Origin: Gemmatimonadota bacterium
GTDB lineage: Bacteria > Gemmatimonadota > Gemmatimonadetes > Gemmatimonadales > GWC2-71-9
Assembly: GCA_039586365.1 (NCBI GenBank)
Contig: JBDHKN010000034.1
Coordinates: forward strand, 8,186 to 72,185
Length of the DNA stretch: 64,000 bases
Reading direction: 5' to 3'
In this document: positions 46,803 to 57,365 of the stretch, piece by piece
How the letters are laid out: each line of letters opens with the position of its first letter
Numbering within the stretch: the first letter of the stretch is position 1
Made by a program: the position numbers and the translations under genes
The notes under the pieces: model-generated
What the model was told of the DNA's origin: nothing
Database searches by the model: none
What the model saw: only the letters and a program-made list of their open reading frames with translations

Positions 46803-47941
46803 GGAAGGCGACTGCTTCATCAGCTGTCCCTGACTGGGAGCTCAGGCTAGTCGGCCTCATCGTCGTTACGCTGGTTGCTTTCGGAATCGTTGCGGTCTAC
46901 GGAGCCTCGAGTATTTGGGCCGTTCAGAGTGATGAGCCAGGCACTCTCTTCGCGCGGCGGCAGATCGGCGGAGCCCTGGTGGGGATCGTGGTGTTGTTGG
47001 TGGCGACACGGATCGACTATCACGTATGGCAGCGCAATGCTTGGTTGATCCTGGGGTCCGTGGTGTTGGTCCTGATCATCCCTCTACTCCCGTTCACCGA
47101 ATCAATCTCGGCAGAAAGAAACGGGGCGCGGCGTTGGGTCGGAGTGGCACCGCTAGTACTACAACCTTCCGAGTTTGCCAAATTCGCCGTTGTCGTATGG
47201 ACCGCGATGTTGGCGGCCAAGAAGGGTACTGGCATCCGGAGTTTCAAGCGGGGAGTGCTTCCGTTCATAGTAATACTAGTGCCGGTAAGTCTGCTCATCC
47301 TGCTGGAACCGGATCTTTCCACTGCCAGCCTCACGATCTTGCTGGCTGCCATCGTTCTATTCACCGCCGGCGCTCGGATCGGACACTTCCTGGTTGTCGC
47401 GTTGGTGGCGTTGCCATTCGCGTGGCAGTGGGTGGCGAGTGAGCATTACAGGTTGCAGCGAATGATGAGCTTCTTGAGCCCCGGTGAGGACCTGGCTGAG
47501 GCGAGTTGGCAAATCAATCAATCGCTGATCGGCTTTGGCTCTGGGCGTCTCTTTGGCCTGGGATTCGGCCAAGGCCTGCAGAAGCTGGGGTACCTGCCCT
47601 ACGCCTACTCCGACTTCATCTTCAGCACCATTGGGGAGGAGTGGGGATTCGTGGGTGTGACACTCATCGTACTGCTATATGCCGTCTTCATCATTGTTGG
47701 ACTGCGAATAGCTCGGGCCGCCCGAGATAGCTTTGGGATGTTGCTTGCAACTGGGCTCACGGCGTTGATCGGTCTGACTGCACTGCTGCACATGGCAGTC
47801 ACAATATCTCTTGTTCCCGCCACCGGGTTGTCACTTCCGTTTGTTTCCTATGGTCGCTCCAATCTGTTGGTGTCACTCTTTGCCGTAGGTGTCCTCATCA
47901 ACATCGGCAGCCACTCCGCCCGTCGGAGGGCACGATCGTGA
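46799..47941 (+). CDS. ftsW: SEDS peptidoglycan polymerase FtsW
   Basis: NGARRW, QPSEFAK, EPDL, SDFIF..IGEEWG, LPFVSYG; polytopic. Confidence 0.95.
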   Translation: MRKATASSAVPDWELRLVGLIVVTLVAFGIVAVYGASSIWAVQSDEPGTLFARRQIGGALVGIVVLLVATRIDYHVWQRNAWLILGSVVLVLIIPLLPFTESISAERNGARRWVGVAPLVLQPSEFAKFAVVVWTAMLAAKKGTGIRSFKRGVLPFIVILVPVSLLILLEPDLSTASLTILLAAIVLFTAGARIGHFLVVALVALPFAWQWVASEHYRLQRMMSFLSPGEDLAEASWQINQSLIGFGSGRLFGLGFGQGLQKLGYLPYAYSDFIFSTIGEEWGFVGVTLIVLLYAVFIIVGLRIARAARDSFGMLLATGLTALIGLTALLHMAVTISLVPATGLSLPFVSYGRSNLLVSLFAVGVLINIGSHSARRRARS

Positions 47942-49029
47942 GAATAGTGATTGCGGGAGGCGGCACCGGCGGGCATCTGATGCCGGCGCTCGCGCTCGCA
48001 GATGCGCTGATCGAGTTGCGGGACGACGTCGAACCCATCCTGGTGGGGGCGCAGCGGGGTGTAGAAGCGAGCATTCTTCCCCACAGGCCGTACCGATTCC
48101 ATTTGCTGCCGGTGGAGCCGATACATCGGCACGCCTGGTGGCGGAACCTGCGCTGGCCGTTCCTCGTCTGGAAGGTTGCCGCTGCGTGCAATCGGGTGCT
48201 CGATGTCGAGAGTCCGGTCTGCGTGGTGGGAACTGGAGGGTATGTGTCAGGACCTGTGCTGTTCCAGGCAGCCAGGCGCGGCATCCCGGTGGCCCTGCAG
48301 GAACAGAATGCTTATCCGGGTGTTGCCACGCGTCTCATGGCCCGTCGTGCCAGTCAGATCTATCTTGGCTTCCCTGAAGCCGAGCGGTATCTGAAGTTGG
48401 GGCGGGAGACAACTGTACACACGTTCGGTAACCCCATTACCCCACCTCCCGAACCACGCCCCGATCCTGCCGCCGCGCGTTGGGCATTCGGCATTGTGCC
48501 GGACCAGCCGGTTCTGCTCGTCATGGGCGGTAGCCAGGGTTCTCGCAGCGTGAATACGGCAGTGCGCGATCTGCTCGACACGGGGGGACTGAGCGACATT
48601 GCTCTGTTGTGGGGTACGGGGAGAGCCATGTGGGACGCGTTCTCGCAGTATCACGATCCTCCGGCCAGACATGTGCGCGCCTTCTGGGATCCGATCGCGG
48701 ATGCCTACGCCGTGGCTGACCTGGTGGTCGCGCGTTCCGGTGCCATGACAACTGCCGAGCTGTGCGCTTGGGGCCTACCTGCCATCTACATCCCGTTGCC
48801 TACCTCGGCAGCCGATCACCAGATGAAGAATGCAGCAGCGTTGGCCCATGTGGGTGCTGCGGAGCTAATCCCAGAGCGGCAACTCAGCCCGCAGCGGCTC
48901 CGTGCGGTGATCGAGAGGCTCCTAGGTGGAGGCGACGAGCTACGCCGTATGAGCCGTGCCGCCCGGGGCCGGGGGCGACCCGAAGCGGCCCGAAAATCGA
49001 TCTCTCAGTTACTGACGATAGTGAGCTAA
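47938..49029 (+). CDS. murG: Lipid II GlcNAc transferase
   Basis: GGGTGGH, GGYVS, EQNAYPG, GGSQG, RSGAMT, HQMKNA. Confidence 0.96.
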   Translation: MRIVIAGGGTGGHLMPALALADALIELRDDVEPILVGAQRGVEASILPHRPYRFHLLPVEPIHRHAWWRNLRWPFLVWKVAAACNRVLDVESPVCVVGTGGYVSGPVLFQAARRGIPVALQEQNAYPGVATRLMARRASQIYLGFPEAERYLKLGRETTVHTFGNPITPPPEPRPDPAAARWAFGIVPDQPVLLVMGGSQGSRSVNTAVRDLLDTGGLSDIALLWGTGRAMWDAFSQYHDPPARHVRAFWDPIADAYAVADLVVARSGAMTTAELCAWGLPAIYIPLPTSAADHQMKNAAALAHVGAAELIPERQLSPQRLRAVIERLLGGGDELRRMSRAARGRGRPEAARKSISQLLTIVS

Positions 49030-49079
49030 GTCCAAGTCTTTCGGAACTTTCCCGTTCTTCTTATATTAGCAGCCCGCCA

Positions 49080-50459
49080 ATGTCTCTTTTCATCCTGGAC
49101 GATCCCCGACCCGTCCATTTCATGGGGATAGCCGGCGCGGGGATGAGTGCTCTGGCACTCATAGCCAAAAGCCGGGGGGTAGTAGTTACCGGATGCGATC
49201 TCAACTCACATGGAGCGAGTGACGTTGCCGAGCGGGGCGTGTTGGTGTTTGAGGGGCACGATGTCAGCCACGTTCACGATGCCAGAGCCGTAGTCTACTC
49301 GGCGGCTGTTCCTCCCGACCACCCGGAATTGGCTGCGGCGCGGGCGGCGGGTCTGCCAGTTGTGAAGCGTGCGGCGGCGCTGGGCGAGGCGGTGCAGGAG
49401 GGTCTCACGGTTGGTATCGCGGGGACACATGGGAAGACGACCACCACAGCGATGACTACCACGGCGCTCAAGGCGGTCGGGAGAGATCCCACAGGTATCG
49501 TCGGTGGGCGGGTGGCATCGTGGAAAGGGAATGCACTGATTGGAGGGTCCGATCTCTACGTGGTGGAGGCAGACGAATACGATCGCTCGTTCCTCGAGTT
49601 GTACCCCAAGGTGGCAGTGATCAACAACGTCGAAATTGACCACCTCGAATGCTATGGGTCCGTCGCAGCGCTAGAAGGGGCGTTTGGCGAGTTCGCGGGC
49701 CGGGCGGAACGGGTTTTGTTGAATGCGGACGACCGAGGCGCATCTCGTGTCGCCCGCTTGTTGGAAGTGCCGACTTGGAGTGTCGGGCAGGGTTCCCATG
49801 CCGATTTCCGCCTGAGCGATGTGAGTCACACGGCAAGAAGAACCGTGGCTCGGTTATCTGTGCCGAATGGTGAGTCCGTTGCGGTGGATCTGCTCGTGCC
49901 AGGCCTGCACAACGTCAGGAACGCCGCGATGGCTGTTGGCGTCGCATTCGCTCTCGACGAGGACGTTGCAGCCGCGGCGGCTGGGCTCAGACAGTTCACC
50001 GGAGTATCGCGGCGTTTTGAAGTACTGGGTACAGCAGCAGGTATTACCGTGGTGGACGACTATGCACACCATGCCACCGAAGTTGCGGCCACCCTCGGCG
50101 CTGCCAGGCAACGGTTCCCGGGACGGCGCTTGGTCGCGGTGTTCCAGCCACATCTATACTCGAGAACGCAAGCTCAGGGGCAGGCGCTGGGCATCGTGCT
50201 GTCGGTAGCAGACCTTGCCGTGGTCACTGCAATCTATGCTGCCAGAGAGGCTCCGATACCCGGGGTCTCCGGCAAGATGGTAGCAGAGGCCGTACACTGT
50301 GCCGGTGGTGTGGTGGAGTGGGTGGAGCAACGGGCCGGTCTCACCGATGTATTGATTCCCTTGGTACGTGAGGGGGACGTTGTCCTCACGCTTGGTGCAG
50401 GGGACATCACTGAAATTGGTCCCGAGTTGCTGCAACGACTTGATGGAGTGATCGCGTGA
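49080..50459 (+). CDS. murC: UDP-N-acetylmuramate--L-alanine ligase
   Basis: HFMGIAGAGMSALA, GTHGKTTTT, EADEYD, DDYAHH, FQPHLYSRT; ATG 49080. Confidence 0.96.
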   Translation: MSLFILDDPRPVHFMGIAGAGMSALALIAKSRGVVVTGCDLNSHGASDVAERGVLVFEGHDVSHVHDARAVVYSAAVPPDHPELAAARAAGLPVVKRAAALGEAVQEGLTVGIAGTHGKTTTTAMTTTALKAVGRDPTGIVGGRVASWKGNALIGGSDLYVVEADEYDRSFLELYPKVAVINNVEIDHLECYGSVAALEGAFGEFAGRAERVLLNADDRGASRVARLLEVPTWSVGQGSHADFRLSDVSHTARRTVARLSVPNGESVAVDLLVPGLHNVRNAAMAVGVAFALDEDVAAAAAGLRQFTGVSRRFEVLGTAAGITVVDDYAHHATEVAATLGAARQRFPGRRLVAVFQPHLYSRTQAQGQALGIVLSVADLAVVTAIYAAREAPIPGVSGKMVAEAVHCAGGVVEWVEQRAGLTDVLIPLVREGDVVLTLGAGDITEIGPELLQRLDGVIA

Positions 50460-51136
50460 GCGGCCGCTACGCACTTGTGGGCGGACTAGTGGGGTTCGTT
50501 ATCATTATGCTCGTGGCGGCACCGGCTGCTATCAGGCATGTCAGTTTCTTTCGGGTGCGACAGGTGGAGCTCGTTGGGGTGCGGTATCACGCGCCGCGGG
50601 AGATCATGGCCGAATTGGGTTTGCTTCCCGAGCGTAGTCTGTTTGCACCGGCCGGTGAAATCGAGCAACGCGCGATGCAGATTCCGGGGATTACCGGCGC
50701 GCGGATCGAGCGCAGGATTCCAGGTACGCTGAGGGTCGTGCTGCAGGAGCGAATGCCGATAGCTTTCGCTCCCGGGCCTTCCGGACTCGTTGTGCTAGAT
50801 GCCGACGCCCGTCCGCTGGCCTACGATCCTGCGGCAACTGGTCTCGATCTACCCCTGGTTGAGCAAGTTGACTCGCTGTTGGTGCGCACTCTGGATGTAT
50901 TGCGTACGACGGATTCGGCCTTCTACTGGGACGTGGATGTTGCCAGGCGGGGTGGCGGAAACTCAGTAGTTCTCGAACTTGGACAGGAGTTGGTGATACT
51001 GAAGGATGTACCGACTGCACGCGAGATTGCGGCCATAGGAGCTGTCCGGCAGCACTTGTCGTCGCAACAGCGCGGGTTCGAACAACTCGATGCCCGCTTT
51101 GATCACAAGGTCTTTGTGCGGCTGAGTGGAGCATGA
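50456..51136 (+). CDS. ftsQ: Cell division protein FtsQ/DivIB
   Basis: N-terminal TM, POTRA-like region (FRVRQVELVG...RRIPGTLRV...ER.P), C-terminal LDARF; precedes ftsA. Confidence 0.85.
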   Translation: MSGRYALVGGLVGFVIIMLVAAPAAIRHVSFFRVRQVELVGVRYHAPREIMAELGLLPERSLFAPAGEIEQRAMQIPGITGARIERRIPGTLRVVLQERMPIAFAPGPSGLVVLDADARPLAYDPAATGLDLPLVEQVDSLLVRTLDVLRTTDSAFYWDVDVARRGGGNSVVLELGQELVILKDVPTAREIAAIGAVRQHLSSQQRGFEQLDARFDHKVFVRLSGA

Positions 51137-52365
51137 AGGTCGACCAACTCGTAGCCGGACTCGATATCGGTAGCTCAAAGACCTGCGCCCTCATTGCTGA
51201 GGCAACCGGTGACGTTCTGAAGCCGGGTGCAAAGATTCTCGGTGTTGGCATCGCCAGGACCACAGGAGTGAAGAGGGGCGTGGTTCGCGACATCGAAGAG
51301 ACCACGCGTTCGATTGCGCAGGCCATGCGCGATGCAGAGAGGATGGCGGGCGTTGAGGTGCCAGGCGTCTTCTGCGGCATCGCGGGGGATCACGTGCAGA
51401 CACAAGTCTCCACCGGATTGGCGTCTGTTGCGAGCGAGGAGATCACCAGGGCTGACGTGGACCGGGTTGACGATGTGGCAAAGGCCATTAGTCTGGGGGA
51501 CGACTACGAGCTCTTGCACTTCATCCCTCAGGAATACAAGGTTGACAGTCAAGGGGGAATTAGCGACCCGATAGGTATGGCCGGCCTGCGTCTCGAGGTG
51601 GAGATGCGTCTGGTGGCGGTCCAGAACAAAGCCGCCCAGAACCTCCGGAAGTCGGTTGAGAAGGCCGGATATCGTGTGATCGAATTGGTGCTGGAGCCGT
51701 TGGCGGCAGCGCTGGCCACCATTAGCATAGACGAGAAGGAGATTGGGTGCGCCTTGGTTGAGCTCGGCGGCGGCTCGACAACGGTTGCTATCTTCCACGA
51801 TGGCAAGTTGCGGGATCTGGCGTCGCTTCCCTATGCTGGGGTTCACGTCACCAGCGACATCGTCCAGGGATTGGGCGTGACGCAGAGTGATGCGGAACGA
51901 CTCAAAGAACGGTGGGGTGTTGCTTACACTCCGTTGGTGAGTCCCGATGAAGAGGTGGATCTGCCGAGCACACCAGGGCAGGGCAGTCGCCGCGTCAAGC
52001 GCGAGCTGCTGGCGCATATAATCCACCAGCGTTTGGATGAGATTCTGGGATTGGTGTTGGACCGCATCGAAGGAGCTGGCTACAGCGGTCGTCTTCCGGC
52101 CGGTGCCGTGCTCACTGGTGGCGGGGCTCACCTCTCGGGGGTGGTAGAACTGACTCGAGACGTCTTCGCGATGCCGGTACGAAAGGGCGTTCCGGAGCAG
52201 AGCATCTCAGGGTTGGTGGACAGCGTACAGGCGCCACGCTACGCTGTACCCGTAGGACTGGCACTTTACGGTACGCGGCAGCTACTCAAGGGGAGGATCG
52301 ATGCCGGGCCGCGGGTGGAGAAATTGCTGGGGCCCGTGAAGCGCTGGCTACAGGATTTCTTCTAA
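51133..52365 (+). CDS. ftsA: Cell division protein FtsA
   Basis: GLDIGSSK, AERMAG, ELGGGST, VLTGGGA, C-terminal amphipathic KRWLQDFF. Confidence 0.96.
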   Translation: MKVDQLVAGLDIGSSKTCALIAEATGDVLKPGAKILGVGIARTTGVKRGVVRDIEETTRSIAQAMRDAERMAGVEVPGVFCGIAGDHVQTQVSTGLASVASEEITRADVDRVDDVAKAISLGDDYELLHFIPQEYKVDSQGGISDPIGMAGLRLEVEMRLVAVQNKAAQNLRKSVEKAGYRVIELVLEPLAAALATISIDEKEIGCALVELGGGSTTVAIFHDGKLRDLASLPYAGVHVTSDIVQGLGVTQSDAERLKERWGVAYTPLVSPDEEVDLPSTPGQGSRRVKRELLAHIIHQRLDEILGLVLDRIEGAGYSGRLPAGAVLTGGGAHLSGVVELTRDVFAMPVRKGVPEQSISGLVDSVQAPRYAVPVGLALYGTRQLLKGRIDAGPRVEKLLGPVKRWLQDFF

Positions 52366-52388
52366 CAACTAGGGCTGACGAGGGATTC

Positions 52389-53540
52389 ATGGTTTTTGAA
52401 CTCGAGGAAACGGTTGCGCAGAACGCCCGGATGAAGGTGGTGGGAGTCGGGGGCGGTGGCGGGAATGCGGTCAATCGCATGATTGACGAACACCTCATGG
52501 GGGTTGAGTTCATATCAGTCAACACCGATTCTCAGGCCCTGATGCACAACAAGGCTGACATCAAGGTACAGGTTGGCAAGAAACTGACACGTGGCTTGGG
52601 TGCGGGGGCAAGGCCGGAGATCGGGCGCCAGGCAATCGAGGAAAACCGTGATGACGTTCTCAAGGTCCTTGAGGGGGCCGACCTTGTCTTCGTCACTTGT
52701 GGGATGGGAGGTGGGACGGGCACTGGTGCATCGCCCATCATAGCGCAGCTGGCCCGCGATGTTGGCTCGTTGACAGTGGGAATAATCACCAAGCCCTTCC
52801 TGTTCGAAGGCCGTAAGCGGATGCGGCAAGCCGAAATTGGGATTTCGGAGATGGCCAAGCACGTCGATACCATGATTGTCGTTCCCAACGAACGGTTGCT
52901 CGCTGTGGTCGGCAAGAACGTGCCGTTCCAGGAAGCGCTGAAAAAGGCAGACGAAGTTCTGTTGCACGCCACCCAGGGTATCTCAACGCTGATCAGTGTC
53001 ACTGGTCTAGTTAACGTGGATTTCGCGGACGTCAGGACCGTCATGCAGAACGGCGGTTCGGCGCTGATGGGAATGGGTTCGGCGCGTAGCGAGGATCGGG
53101 CCCTGGAGGCTGCACAGCAGGCAATCGCAAGTCCATTGCTCGATGAGGTCTCAATCAACGGTTCCACGGGTGTGTTGGTGAACATAACCGGTGGTGAAGA
53201 TCTGACCCTGGGTGAAGTTAATCAAATCAGCGAAGTCATACACGACGCCGCTGGCGACCAGGCAGAGATCATCTTCGGAGCGGTGACCGAGCCGGCAATG
53301 GAGGGTGAAGTAAGGGTGACCGTCATAGCCACAGGCTTTGACCAGACCTTGGGACAGCTAGAAGGACCCTTTGGTAAGGTCACAGCGCCGGGAGTGCTTC
53401 CCTTTCCTCAAAGGCAACCTAGGGCGGTAACTCCAGTTGGTGGACCGGCAGTCGCCAAGGCACGGGCACCTCAGCCCGAAGCAGAACAAGAAGTCGCAGA
53501 GATGGAGATTCCGACCTTCATCCGGAGGCAAATGGACTGA
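52389..53540 (+). CDS. ftsZ: Cell division protein FtsZ
   Basis: GVGGGGGNA, GMGGGTGTG, NVDFADV, C-terminal EIPTFIRRQMD. Confidence 0.99.
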   Translation: MVFELEETVAQNARMKVVGVGGGGGNAVNRMIDEHLMGVEFISVNTDSQALMHNKADIKVQVGKKLTRGLGAGARPEIGRQAIEENRDDVLKVLEGADLVFVTCGMGGGTGTGASPIIAQLARDVGSLTVGIITKPFLFEGRKRMRQAEIGISEMAKHVDTMIVVPNERLLAVVGKNVPFQEALKKADEVLLHATQGISTLISVTGLVNVDFADVRTVMQNGGSALMGMGSARSEDRALEAAQQAIASPLLDEVSINGSTGVLVNITGGEDLTLGEVNQISEVIHDAAGDQAEIIFGAVTEPAMEGEVRVTVIATGFDQTLGQLEGPFGKVTAPGVLPFPQRQPRAVTPVGGPAVAKARAPQPEAEQEVAEMEIPTFIRRQMD

Positions 53541-54805
53541 TGCGGCCCAGGCCTGGGCGGATTGCTCTGGTAGGTGCCGCGCTCGTGCTGGGCGTGTTGT
53601 TCACCGCCAGCGTGGCGTCGTCTTCGCACCGCCTGCCAGTAGCACCTCCGATTATCGTTACCAACGCCTACGTCCAGGTTGCCGATACCGTGCGCCGCAA
53701 CGAAACACTGTCCCATCTCTTTGGGCGCCACAACATCTACGGGGCCGAACTTGCCACAGTACTCGGTGAGGCCGACGGGCTGAATCCACGGCGCATACGC
53801 TCGGGACAGGTCTTCGATTTCCGCTACTTATACGGGGCTGACAAGCCTGATCGGGTGACGTTTCGCTTGGGTGACGAGCGTACGGTCAGGCTCGCTCGTG
53901 ACACATGGGGGGGCTGGAACGGATGGTCCGACGAGATCCTGTGGCATGTTCACGTCGAGCGGGCTCAAGGCGTGATCAGCTCGTCCTTGTACGAAGCTGT
54001 AGATGAGGTCATCGCGGACTCGCTCCTCCCGGCAGGGCAACGCCATTACATGGTCGAGGATTTGGCCGACGGCGTCTTTGGTTGGGTGATCGATTTCTAT
54101 CGAGACTTCTATCCAGGTGACAAGTTTGCGTTTGCCTACGAGCGGCTCACGTCGCAGTACGGCGACATCCGCTACGGTCGTGTGCTGGCCGCCAAGGTCG
54201 AAACGCGGGGCAAAGAGAACTATGCATACGTGATGACGGACGAACGGGGCCGTAACGTCTACTACGACGGCAACGGTCGTTCGCTGAAGCGAACACTGAA
54301 GATCCGGCCTATCGCCTTCGGACAGCTCATCTCGCGTTATTCAAAGAGTCGGTTCCATCCGATTCTCAAGACATACAGACCTCACTACGGCATCGATTAC
54401 GCGGCGCCTGCGGGCGCGCGAATCGAGGCAACGGGCGACGGAACGGTGACTCGGGCAGGGCGCTGGGGAACGTATGGGATCATGGTTGCCATCAGGCACA
54501 CCAATGGAATCGAGACCCGGTATGCTCACATGAGAGGCCTGGGACCAGGCATCGAGACGGGTGTACGGGTCGAGCAAGGCCAGACTGTAGGTTACGTGGG
54601 TATGACGGGCTTGGCCACTGGGCACCACGTGCACTACGAACTACTCAGGAATGGCAAGCACATCGATCCGCGAACGTTGGGGACCGAGCCCGGACCTCCC
54701 GTGAGTGCAGACCGCCGTGCCGAGTTCGAAGCGATTAGAGCCCACTACGCTCGCATGCTCGACTTCCACCAGGCCGCAACGGTGGCGGTTGCCCCTGACC
54801 GCTGA
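53540..54805 (+). CDS. M23 family murein endopeptidase (MepM/Csd3-like)
   Basis: N-terminal anchor, HYGIDY (HxxxD), YAHM, ATGHHVHYE (HxH). Confidence 0.9.
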   Translation: MRPRPGRIALVGAALVLGVLFTASVASSSHRLPVAPPIIVTNAYVQVADTVRRNETLSHLFGRHNIYGAELATVLGEADGLNPRRIRSGQVFDFRYLYGADKPDRVTFRLGDERTVRLARDTWGGWNGWSDEILWHVHVERAQGVISSSLYEAVDEVIADSLLPAGQRHYMVEDLADGVFGWVIDFYRDFYPGDKFAFAYERLTSQYGDIRYGRVLAAKVETRGKENYAYVMTDERGRNVYYDGNGRSLKRTLKIRPIAFGQLISRYSKSRFHPILKTYRPHYGIDYAAPAGARIEATGDGTVTRAGRWGTYGIMVAIRHTNGIETRYAHMRGLGPGIETGVRVEQGQTVGYVGMTGLATGHHVHYELLRNGKHIDPRTLGTEPGPPVSADRRAEFEAIRAHYARMLDFHQAATVAVAPDR

Positions 54806-54825
54806 CTTCTCAGGAATTACAATCC

Positions 54826-55539
54826 ATGCGGGTCTATCCGGCCATTGACATCAAGGGCGGGCGTGTGGTGCGCTGGCTTGAGGGTGAGTCGTTTCACGAG
54901 ACTGTCTATGGCGACGACCCGCTCGCGCAGGCGCTGATCTTCGCACAACAAGGAGCCAACTGGATCCACGTGGTCGACATGGACCGGGCTTTTGCCACTG
55001 GTGCCGACAATCTGGACTGTGTTCGACGGATAGCGGGTGTTGAGCACGTCAAGGTTCAGATTGGCGGCAGCATCGACACGCTCGAAATGGTGAGAGATGC
55101 CATGCACACCGGCGCGGCGCGTATCGTATTGGGTACGGCGGCGGCTTTGTCACCAGATTTGTTTGCACGGCTGATAAGTGAGGTCGGCGCCTCCGGTTGT
55201 GCTCTCGCGATCGACACGCGTGGCGGCGAGGTGGCGCTGCGCGGCAAGAGCGACCGGATCGAGCAATCGGTTTCCGACCTTGTCCGGTTGGCTGTCTACT
55301 CAGGAGTCACGACGATCGTGTATCGTGATCTGATGCGCGATGGCATGACCGTCGGAGCCGATGTCGAAGCCGCCAAGGCAATCCGCTCGCTGGGAGCCGA
55401 CGTTATCCTGGCAGGCGGTGTCGCCAGCCTCGAGGACGTTCGCAACGCATCGCGAGCAGGCCTGGCTGGGGTGATCATAGGCCGGGCGCTATATGAGGGC
55501 AGATTCTCGTTACAGGACGCGATCGCATGCTCGTTGTAG
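54826..55539 (+). CDS. hisA: HisA-like ProFAR isomerase
   Basis: YPAIDIKGGRVVR, IHVVDMD, QIGG, LAIDTR, RDG, AGGV, IGRALYEG. Confidence 0.8.
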   Translation: MRVYPAIDIKGGRVVRWLEGESFHETVYGDDPLAQALIFAQQGANWIHVVDMDRAFATGADNLDCVRRIAGVEHVKVQIGGSIDTLEMVRDAMHTGAARIVLGTAAALSPDLFARLISEVGASGCALAIDTRGGEVALRGKSDRIEQSVSDLVRLAVYSGVTTIVYRDLMRDGMTVGADVEAAKAIRSLGADVILAGGVASLEDVRNASRAGLAGVIIGRALYEGRFSLQDAIACSL

Positions 55540-57365
55540 CCGCCGGAGCTGCGGCAATAGCGACCTGGGCGGCGTATACCTACGTGAGGCGAGAGGGCTT
55601 TGGTCTGGAGGGTCTGGGGCTGGCTTTCCTGCGCACGGTTGGATTGACGGCACTCCTCATCCTGCTGGTCAATCCAGTTCGAGCGACCAGGGTACCAGGC
55701 GGCAGTCCCGTGGTACTGCTCGATGAGTCTCTTAGCATGAGTGTTGGAGGCCGCTGGAAGCAGGCACTCGACACTGCCACAGCCCTGTCCGGTACCGAGG
55801 GAACGGTCCTGCGGTTTGGGTCTGAAGTCGTCCCCTTCGATACAACGCCTCCCCGAGCGAGTTCGACGAGACTCGCGGAGGCACTGTACACAGCGAGTGC
55901 AATGGGCGGACCTGTCTACGTGGTTACCGACGGCGAAATAGAAGACTTGGGGTCCCTGGTGCCCAGCGCGCTGCAACGCACGACTTTCGTGACGCTGCCG
56001 CGGGACACCGTTCCTGATGCGGCGCTGCTCGGTGTAGACATACCGAGGCGAGTCCACCACGAAGACTCGATTCTGGTGGAGCTCATGATCGGTACTTGGG
56101 GAGTTGACGATTCCAGCAGCGTCACACTCGAGGCGCTCGTCGGCGAGCGAAGTCTGGTCAAGCGCTCGGTGCGGTTGCCACCGGCGCCGGCTGTGTCGCG
56201 TAGGCGGCTGATCATTCCACCTAGCTCGCTGTCAGTTGGAACACATGCGGTGACGTTCAGGGCGTCTCTCAGCGGCGATGAGATTCGCTACGACGACGAG
56301 CGCGCGCGTGTGGTGACGGTAACCGAGCAGCCTGCGGTGGTGGTGCTTGTCGATTCACCGGACTGGGAGGGCAAGTTCTTGGCGGCGGAGCTTGGTCGGA
56401 TCGCTAACACGAGCTTCAAGGCATACGCCCATGTTGCCCCGGAAGAGTGGCTCGACATGGAGTTGCTCACACGGGCCTCCTGGGCGCAAGTGAGGGATGC
56501 CGCTCGGCGGGCGGGACTCTTGATTGTCCGCGCGGATCTGGCTTCTGTGGAAACTCTTGCACCGAACGGTCGTTCGGTTTGGTATTGGCCGGCTGGAGTG
56601 GACTCGGTGGCCTCATTACTGTCTGGTGACTGGTATCTCAGCGACACCATCTCGCCTTCCCCGCTGGCCGCGGCCTTGGGTCGTGTGGAATGGGACTCAT
56701 TACCTCCGCTAGTCGGTCTAATTCCTCTGGGTGTCGCGGCTGGTGGCTGGGTTGCGATCTCGGCCAGATTGGGACGGCGTGGAGCGGAGCGGCCGGTCGT
56801 TCATGGCTATGACTCAGCCGGGACCAGAAAGATGACAACGGTGGGGACTGGCCTGTGGCGTTGGGCATTCCGCGGGGGAGCTTCAAGGGAAGCTTACCGC
56901 ACGCTGCTCGCGGCCGGGGTCGACTGGCTGCTCGGTGGGGAGCCTGTAGAGCGGGGACAGTCCCTGGTGGTGAGCAGCGTTGTCACCCGCGGAGAGCCGG
57001 TGGTATTCAGCTGGGACCAAGGACGGGCGCCGGATTCCCTCGTCGTGAGTTTTGGCACTGCCACTCAGGATACCGTGATCTCGGCTGTGCTGAGTTTCGA
57101 TGGGGAAGGGACGGCCGTACAGCATCTACCTCCGGGTGTCTATCGGTGGCGTGTACCAGAGGACCGGCAGTATGGAGGATTGGTGGTAGTCGAGTCGTAT
57201 TCCGAGGAGTACCCTCCTCGAGTAGTAGGCTTGCGGGCGACGGAACCAGAGGGCTCTCTCGTGCTGATGGAAACGTCCGCTCGTGATTGTTGGATTCTTT
57301 ACGTGCTAGTGGTATTGGCATTGGCAGGCGAGTGGGCTTGGCGTCATCAGCGGGGGTTACCTTGA
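55527..57365 (+). CDS. Membrane protein with vWA-like domain
   Basis: Two N-terminal TM helices, LLDESLS (DxSxS MIDAS) and VVTDG, C-terminal TM ending EWAWRHQRGLP. Confidence 0.7.
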   Translation: MLVVAAGAAAIATWAAYTYVRREGFGLEGLGLAFLRTVGLTALLILLVNPVRATRVPGGSPVVLLDESLSMSVGGRWKQALDTATALSGTEGTVLRFGSEVVPFDTTPPRASSTRLAEALYTASAMGGPVYVVTDGEIEDLGSLVPSALQRTTFVTLPRDTVPDAALLGVDIPRRVHHEDSILVELMIGTWGVDDSSSVTLEALVGERSLVKRSVRLPPAPAVSRRRLIIPPSSLSVGTHAVTFRASLSGDEIRYDDERARVVTVTEQPAVVVLVDSPDWEGKFLAAELGRIANTSFKAYAHVAPEEWLDMELLTRASWAQVRDAARRAGLLIVRADLASVETLAPNGRSVWYWPAGVDSVASLLSGDWYLSDTISPSPLAAALGRVEWDSLPPLVGLIPLGVAAGGWVAISARLGRRGAERPVVHGYDSAGTRKMTTVGTGLWRWAFRGGASREAYRTLLAAGVDWLLGGEPVERGQSLVVSSVVTRGEPVVFSWDQGRAPDSLVVSFGTATQDTVISAVLSFDGEGTAVQHLPPGVYRWRVPEDRQYGGLVVVESYSEEYPPRVVGLRATEPEGSLVLMETSARDCWILYVLVVLALAGEWAWRHQRGLP

